Positions 16,734 to 21,783 of a DNA stretch of 21,783 bases are shown piece after piece. Under the pieces are notes generated by a model. It was not told the origin of the DNA and did no database searches. It saw only the letters and a program-made list of their open reading frames with translations. Where the stretch lies: positions 1 to 21,783 of the forward strand of contig BTVI01000046.1 in the NCBI GenBank assembly GCA_045862955.1. The letters run 5' to 3'. Each line of letters begins with the position of its first letter. Within the stretch, counting starts at the first letter, position 1. Origin of the DNA: Fimbriimonadales bacterium (GTDB lineage: Bacteria; Armatimonadota; Fimbriimonadia; Fimbriimonadales; JABRVX01). The translations under genes were made by a program, and so were the position numbers.

Positions 16734-18090
16734 CGGTGCGTTGGCGTTGGCCGCGCTCTCCTCGATGGCGGTGTATGCGCGCGAAGTACATGGCATTCAG
16801 CCATCTGCGCATCACGAGGTGTGGATCAGAGCGTTGGAAGGTCCGGAGCCTCAGCGAGTGCTGATCACGGCGCCGCCGGAGCACGGCAAGTCCACGTGGA
16901 TAGCTGTCGTCTACCCCGCGTGGCGGTTGGCCAGGGACCCATCGCAGCACATCGTGCTTACCTCGGTGACGGACGCGCAGGCCGAAGACAGGGCGGACGC
17001 AGTGGCCGGTACGGTGCTCTCGGCACCTTACCGTCGTCTTTTCCCGCACGTGCGCAAGGGCAGCCGATGGACGAGGGGTGACTGGGACCTAGCAAGGCCC
17101 CGAGTGGACGACAAGGACTCGACGCTGTTCGCTTGCGGGGTGGGTAGTTCCACACTGATCGGACGGCGAGCAAGCTGTATCGTGATAGACGACCCGATGA
17201 GCGAGGAGACCGCACGAAGCCCTGCAGCGCGCAGACACCTGGCAACCTGGTGTAGACGAACCCTACTAACGCGTGCGGAGCGAGGCGCAAAGATCGTTTG
17301 CATCATGACGCGCTGGCACCAAGACGATCTCGCGCCAGTGCTCATTCAGGCCGGTTTCACACACATCGCAATGCCCGCAGAGGGGTATTGGGGTGAGGGA
17401 ACGGCGCTATGGCCGGAGCGCTTCCCGATGGAGTACCTGGAGGGTCGGCGGCGCGACATGGGCAGCGCACTCTACAACTGTATGTACCTGGGTGATCCTA
17501 GCGGTCTGGAAGGTCGCTTGTTCAAGCGGGAGTGGTTCGAGGTGGTGGATCGTCCACCTGCGTTGCGACGTATCGTGTGTGGCTGGGACCTGGCTACCAG
17601 CGAACGCACCGAGGCCGATTTCACGGTGAAGACTACGCTCGGTCTGGGAGTGGACGGTGTTACGTATGTGTTGGACCTTTGGCGCGCTCGCAGGGAGTTC
17701 CCCATCGTGAGGCGCGAGATCGCCGAGCAGGGCATGCGCGATAGGGCCGACGCAATAGCGGTAGAAGCCAATGCCTTCCAGCTTGCCGCGGTGCAGATGC
17801 TGAAGCGAGAAGGGCTGCCGGTACCGCTGCTTCCGATCTCGGCGGATCGTGACAAGGTGAGTAGGGCGCTGGAGTGGATAGCAGCTGCAGAGTCGGGTCT
17901 GGTGAAGCTGTTGCGTGGTAGCTGGAACGATGATTGGCTGGCGGAGGTGTGTGGTTTTCCGGATGCGCCTCACGACGATCAGGTAGACAGCTTCGGAGTA
18001 GCATGGAGGGCGCTGCGCCGGTACGTGCCCGAGGAACGGACGATTCGTGCGGGTCAGGAAAGGCTGATGTCGGCACAGGCAGATTGGTAG
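16723..18090 (+). CDS. Phage terminase large subunit (~455 aa)
   Basis: TTG start with AGGAG SD. Walker A ITAPPEHGKST, Walker B IVIDDP, coupling motif IMTRWH, nuclease acidic residues GWDLA, DF and HDDQVD. Confidence 0.95.
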   Translation: MTANGALALAALSSMAVYAREVHGIQPSAHHEVWIRALEGPEPQRVLITAPPEHGKSTWIAVVYPAWRLARDPSQHIVLTSVTDAQAEDRADAVAGTVLSAPYRRLFPHVRKGSRWTRGDWDLARPRVDDKDSTLFACGVGSSTLIGRRASCIVIDDPMSEETARSPAARRHLATWCRRTLLTRAERGAKIVCIMTRWHQDDLAPVLIQAGFTHIAMPAEGYWGEGTALWPERFPMEYLEGRRRDMGSALYNCMYLGDPSGLEGRLFKREWFEVVDRPPALRRIVCGWDLATSERTEADFTVKTTLGLGVDGVTYVLDLWRARREFPIVRREIAEQGMRDRADAIAVEANAFQLAAVQMLKREGLPVPLLPISADRDKVSRALEWIAAAESGLVKLLRGSWNDDWLAEVCGFPDAPHDDQVDSFGVAWRALRRYVPEERTIRAGQERLMSAQADW

Positions 18091-18097
18091 GGGGAGG

Positions 18098-19297
18098 ATG
18101 ATGGGTAAGAGCAGGCTGTTAGGAGACAGGACGCCACACCTAATGGGATCGGTCTTGCAGTCTATGCGTTATCCGGTGGGAGCCGCGATGGAGCCCATCG
18201 CGGGATACGACGATCTACGTCGCCGGTGGAGTGTGTTGCGGAAGATGGAGCGGGACCCGGTAATCGCTGCGGCCCTAGCGGTGAAGAAGTGGTTGCCGAT
18301 CGGTGATGGGTGGCGTGTGAATGCGGCTGGACCGGATGAGAACAGCCGGGAGCGAGCGGCCTTCATGCGCTGGGCGTTCCAGCAGATGCAGGGCACGGTA
18401 GAGAATCTGATCTCCGATGTGTTGGACGCCGTGGGAATAGGGTTCAGCGTGCTGGAGAAGGTGTATCGCGTGGTGGACTCCGGACCTTATGTAGGCCGAG
18501 TGGTGCCGCTCCGCTTCGTGCCGAAGGACCCTGCCACCGTCGGCTTCGAGATGGACGAGCGAGGCGACGTGCGCGCTATAACTGTCACGGTGCCCGGTGT
18601 GTGTCGTGCAAGGCCCTACCCGCCTGAGAAGTTCGTGCACTATGCCCACGAACCTCGGTATGGAAGCCCCTATGGCAGCGGCGACCTACTGCGCGCGTAT
18701 CGCTCGTGGTGGTCGAAGGACAACGCACTGAAGTGGTGGGCAGTTTATGTCGAGAAGTACGGCATCATCCCTCGCGTTGCCATGTATGAAGACGGGGCGA
18801 GTGCCGAGTTTCAGCAAGAGCTCTTGGACCAGCTGCGGGTGTCGGCGGCGAACACCGAGTTCGTGCTACCACGCTCGGTGCAACTCCAGCTGCTGCAACC
18901 TACGGGAGATGGCACGGCGTTCGAGCGCTTCGTACAGTATCATGACAAGGAGCTGGCGAAGGCGGTGTTAGGCAACACGTTGCTGCTCGACGAAGGTCAC
19001 CGCGTAGGCAGTCTCGCTCTTGGACGAGTTCATCAATCGGTGGTGGAGTCCCGTGTGCGCAAACTGAAGCGGGAGATCGAGGACCGGGTGATGGGTGAGC
19101 AGGTGATACGACCGCTGATCGAGCTGAACTACGGTGATAGCGAAGCCATGCCGCGCTTCGCTCTGCCCGAGCCCAGTCGCGAGGACGTAGCGCGCCTATC
19201 GGAGGCGATCGCGAAGCTGACCAAGGCGGGGGCAGTAGACGCGCGCGAGCCCTGGATCCGTGACCTCCTCGGCTGGCCGACGAGGGCGGAGGAGTAG
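18098..19297 (+). CDS. Phage portal protein, DUF935 / Mu gp29-like (399 aa)
   Basis: MERDP.I.AAL, GFSVLEKVY, SPYGSG.L...Y..W..K....KWW..YVEKYG.P, KAVLG.TL, GS.ALG.VH, LI.PLI.LN. Directly after terL with GGAGG SD. Confidence 0.9.
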   Translation: MMGKSRLLGDRTPHLMGSVLQSMRYPVGAAMEPIAGYDDLRRRWSVLRKMERDPVIAAALAVKKWLPIGDGWRVNAAGPDENSRERAAFMRWAFQQMQGTVENLISDVLDAVGIGFSVLEKVYRVVDSGPYVGRVVPLRFVPKDPATVGFEMDERGDVRAITVTVPGVCRARPYPPEKFVHYAHEPRYGSPYGSGDLLRAYRSWWSKDNALKWWAVYVEKYGIIPRVAMYEDGASAEFQQELLDQLRVSAANTEFVLPRSVQLQLLQPTGDGTAFERFVQYHDKELAKAVLGNTLLLDEGHRVGSLALGRVHQSVVESRVRKLKREIEDRVMGEQVIRPLIELNYGDSEAMPRFALPEPSREDVARLSEAIAKLTKAGAVDAREPWIRDLLGWPTRAEE

Positions 19298-19364
19298 GTC
19301 TCGCAGGCTCCCTCGCCTTCGCCACTACGAGTGGTGGGTGGCAGGGCCAGCCGTGGCAGTACTT

Positions 19365-20430
19365 GTACCGTCATGCTGAGCCCAGGGAGGGTGGTGGCGC
19401 CGACTGGGGGCTCTAGGGCCCCAGCAGCCTGCACACGGGTCGGGTCGCGGCCAAACCCCATCTGCCGTCATGCTGAGCTTGTCGAAGCATGACGGGGAGA
19501 GCCGCGAGGTTGCATGTTATGATGCTGCGTTCGCGGCAGGTGGCTGTCATGCTTCGACAGGCTCAGCATGACGGGGTCGGTGGTGGAGGGTGGGTGGATG
19601 CTTCCGCGGGCTCAGCATGACGGGGTTGGTGGTGTACGTGGGGGCGGGGCGGCTTGCCCCGGCAGGGTGCGGCGAGCGGCTGTCATGCTTCGACAGGCTC
19701 AGCATGACGGAGTCGGTGGTGGAGGGTGGGTGGATGCTTTCGCGGGCTCAGCATGACGACCGTTACGATGGTTGGACCTGCAGGAGCTACCGTGGTAAAG
19801 GCGGACGCGACGCCTGGCAGAGCCATTGCCGCCATGCTCGGCCCAGGGAGAGGGGAACCCCGACCAGGGGGTGTGTGGATGCACTGCAACCGCCCCTCTA
19901 ACCGACTGAAGGCATGGCCCCCCCGGAGGTGTGTGCAGGTACCATCAGCCAGCGCGCATGTCGGGGCGTGCATAACGCTCGTGCCCCGTCATGCTGAGCT
20001 TGTCGAAGCATGACGGGGAGAGCCGCGAGGTTGTATGTTATGATGCTTCGTTCGCGGCAGGTGGCCGTCATGCTTCGACGGGCTGAGCATGGCGATGTAC
20101 CTGTTTCCACCTCATCACCCGGGCCTTCAGGGCGAGTCAGCGACACACCCTCCGCTCGGTGCTAGTTCTCACCTCTCGTAGAGGACGGGTTACTGGCGAC
20201 GCCACGTTGAGCATGACGTTTCCAGTGCCCTATCGTTCTTCGGTGATGAGGTTTGGGAGGAAGAGGAGCCGATTGCGACCTCCGAGAACGCAACAACCGC
20301 ACCCCCGTCATGCTGAGCTTTGCGTCATGCTGAGCCTGTCGAAGCATGACGCCGGATGCCGCGACCGCAGCACCTGAAGTCGGTGACGTGCTGCCTGCGT
20401 GTGCATGCTTCGACAGGCTCAGCATGACGG
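19365..20430. repeat. Mosaic cluster of REP-like palindromes and linkers
   Basis: Inverted REP doublets at 19467-19572, 19988-20093 and 20324-20428, plus single units. Linkers shared with 1-672. Confidence 0.9.
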
Positions 20431-20798
20431 TCTCGGAGGGTAGAACGCTCTCACTGCCTCACCCTCTGCGAGTGGTGAGGTGCGATCTGGCTATCATCCT
20501 GAGACGACGCAGGCACGCAGGGTGGCGAACGCGGGCCCGTCGTCCCGCTGGAGCGCACGCTGACGCTGAGGGCTAAAGCCGTCCCACCTCGCGCGACCGA
20601 GGGACCCCCTTTCTCGCTCCTCTCACGCAGCGCGTCCGGCACCGGACGCACCTGAAAAGGTGGCTACGGGTCACCCCCCGAGAGCAGGCCGCACGCGTTG
20701 GGACCGGCGACCGCTCCCTCGGGATGACAGGCTCAACGCCGGGCCGATGGTTGCTCGGCGGTCGCACGGCGTGCCCTTTCGCTGCCAGAATAGCGGTC

Positions 20799-21350
20799 AT
20801 GCCGCATGGTCCCGCCATTCGAAAGAAGACCGTGCTGCGCAAGGAGAGGAAGGCCTTCGAGGCGCAGCATCCGCCGCAGAAGCACCTCGCATTCCTGCTA
20901 CAGGATTGGCAGGACGGCTACAACGTAGGTGGTATGTTTCGCGTCGCGGCGGCATGTGGCGCACGAGAGCTGGTGCTCGTGGGTCGCACACCTACTCCAC
21001 CCCATCCGATGATCGGTGTCACGTCGATGGGAATGCACCGGCGCGTACCGTTCCGCAGGTTCGAAAGGTGGAGCGAGGCGGTGCCCGTATTGAGAGGGGA
21101 GGGCTACTCGCTCATCGCGGTCGAAGTGGCGGAAGCCGCGGAGCACTACATGGCATTCGAGTATCCTCGGAAGACTTGCTTGGTGTTAGGATCGGAGGGC
21201 GCCGGCATCGGCGGCAATCTGATCAGGGAGTGCGATGCCGCCGTGTATATCCCGATGTACGGGAAGGGGCGCTCGCTCAACGTGCACGTCGCGGGTGCAA
21301 TCGTGGCCTTCGAGCTGATGCTGCGTGGCACCGAGGGACCCCAGCGTTAG
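20799..21350 (+). CDS. TrmH/SpoU family (SPOUT) RNA methyltransferase, ~183 aa
   Basis: D..NVG.MFR.A, VLGSEGAGI, IPMYGKGRSLNV.VA. ATG 20799 preferred over the upstream extension. Confidence 0.93.
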   Translation: MPHGPAIRKKTVLRKERKAFEAQHPPQKHLAFLLQDWQDGYNVGGMFRVAAACGARELVLVGRTPTPPHPMIGVTSMGMHRRVPFRRFERWSEAVPVLRGEGYSLIAVEVAEAAEHYMAFEYPRKTCLVLGSEGAGIGGNLIRECDAAVYIPMYGKGRSLNVHVAGAIVAFELMLRGTEGPQR

Positions 21351-21385
21351 CGAGATTCTTGCGCCCTCGGCGTAACACAGCCAAT

Positions 21386-21783
21386 CCGTCATGCTGAGTC
21401 TATCGTCATGCTGAGCTTGAGTTCATGGTGAGCCAGTCGAAGCATGACCCTGCTGTCAAGGTGACCCTGGCCTCATGCTGAGCCTGACGTCATGTTGAGT
21501 GTATCGTCATGCTGAGCCTGTCGAAGCATGACGGCGGATGCCGCGACCGCAGTACCTGAAGGCGATGACGTGCTGCCTGCGTGTGCATGCTTCGACAGGC
21601 TCAGCATGACGATCGTGACGATGGTTGGACCTGCAGGAGCCGCCGTGGTAAAGGCGGACGGGACGCCTGGCAGAGCCAATGCCGCCATGCTCGGCCCATG
21701 GAAGGTGGTGGTCCCTACCTGGGGCTCTAGGGCCCCAGCAGCCAGCGCACGGGTCGGGGCGCGGCCAAACCCCATCCGCCGTC
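21386..21783. repeat. REP mosaic cluster including the right copy of the 141-bp terminal repeat (21643-21783)
   Basis: Several GTCATGCTGAG units. The doublet 21506-21610 matches 20324-20428. The end matches 1-141. Confidence 0.9.

Noticed and set aside
20670..20728. Separate mobile element with GTCACCCCCCGAG...CTCGGGATGAC inverted ends
   Set aside because: A single degenerate copy, probably a decayed REP of another family. There is not enough evidence to call it.
1..21783. Complete circular phage or plasmid with auxiliary host genes
   Set aside because: Content is mostly core chromosomal genes with no replication, capsid or tail genes. The terminal repeat equals a common assembler k-mer and lies in a multicopy repeat.

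Overview
High-GC bacterial chromosomal segment from a diderm organism; the gene set and protein style suggest Armatimonadota, which is an inference. Most of the minus strand (791-15182) holds housekeeping and envelope genes: an LptD-like barrel, LptF/G, a TPR/zinc-ribbon membrane protein, plsY, a carbon-nitrogen hydrolase, a biotin carrier with an atypical EANKV motif, YraN, rnhB and an AbrB-TolC-MFP-RND efflux operon. The most striking part is a compact, intact phage-derived module at 15300-19297. It has a CI/LexA-type repressor, back-to-back promoters overlapped by two palindromic operators, then a small zinc-finger gene, a TerS-like gene, a large terminase and a DUF935/Mu-gp29-type portal. 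It has no integrase, replication, capsid, tail or lysis genes, so it is a candidate domesticated (GTA-like) DNA-packaging module or a truncated prophage. Intergenic DNA is dense with CGTC-type REP palindromes built into mosaic arrays. Other observations are a ~109-bp tandem repeat and a strong promoter followed ~60 nt later by a terminator (candidate sRNA). The first and last 141 bp are identical, most likely an assembler k-mer overlap inside a repeat rather than a true circular element.
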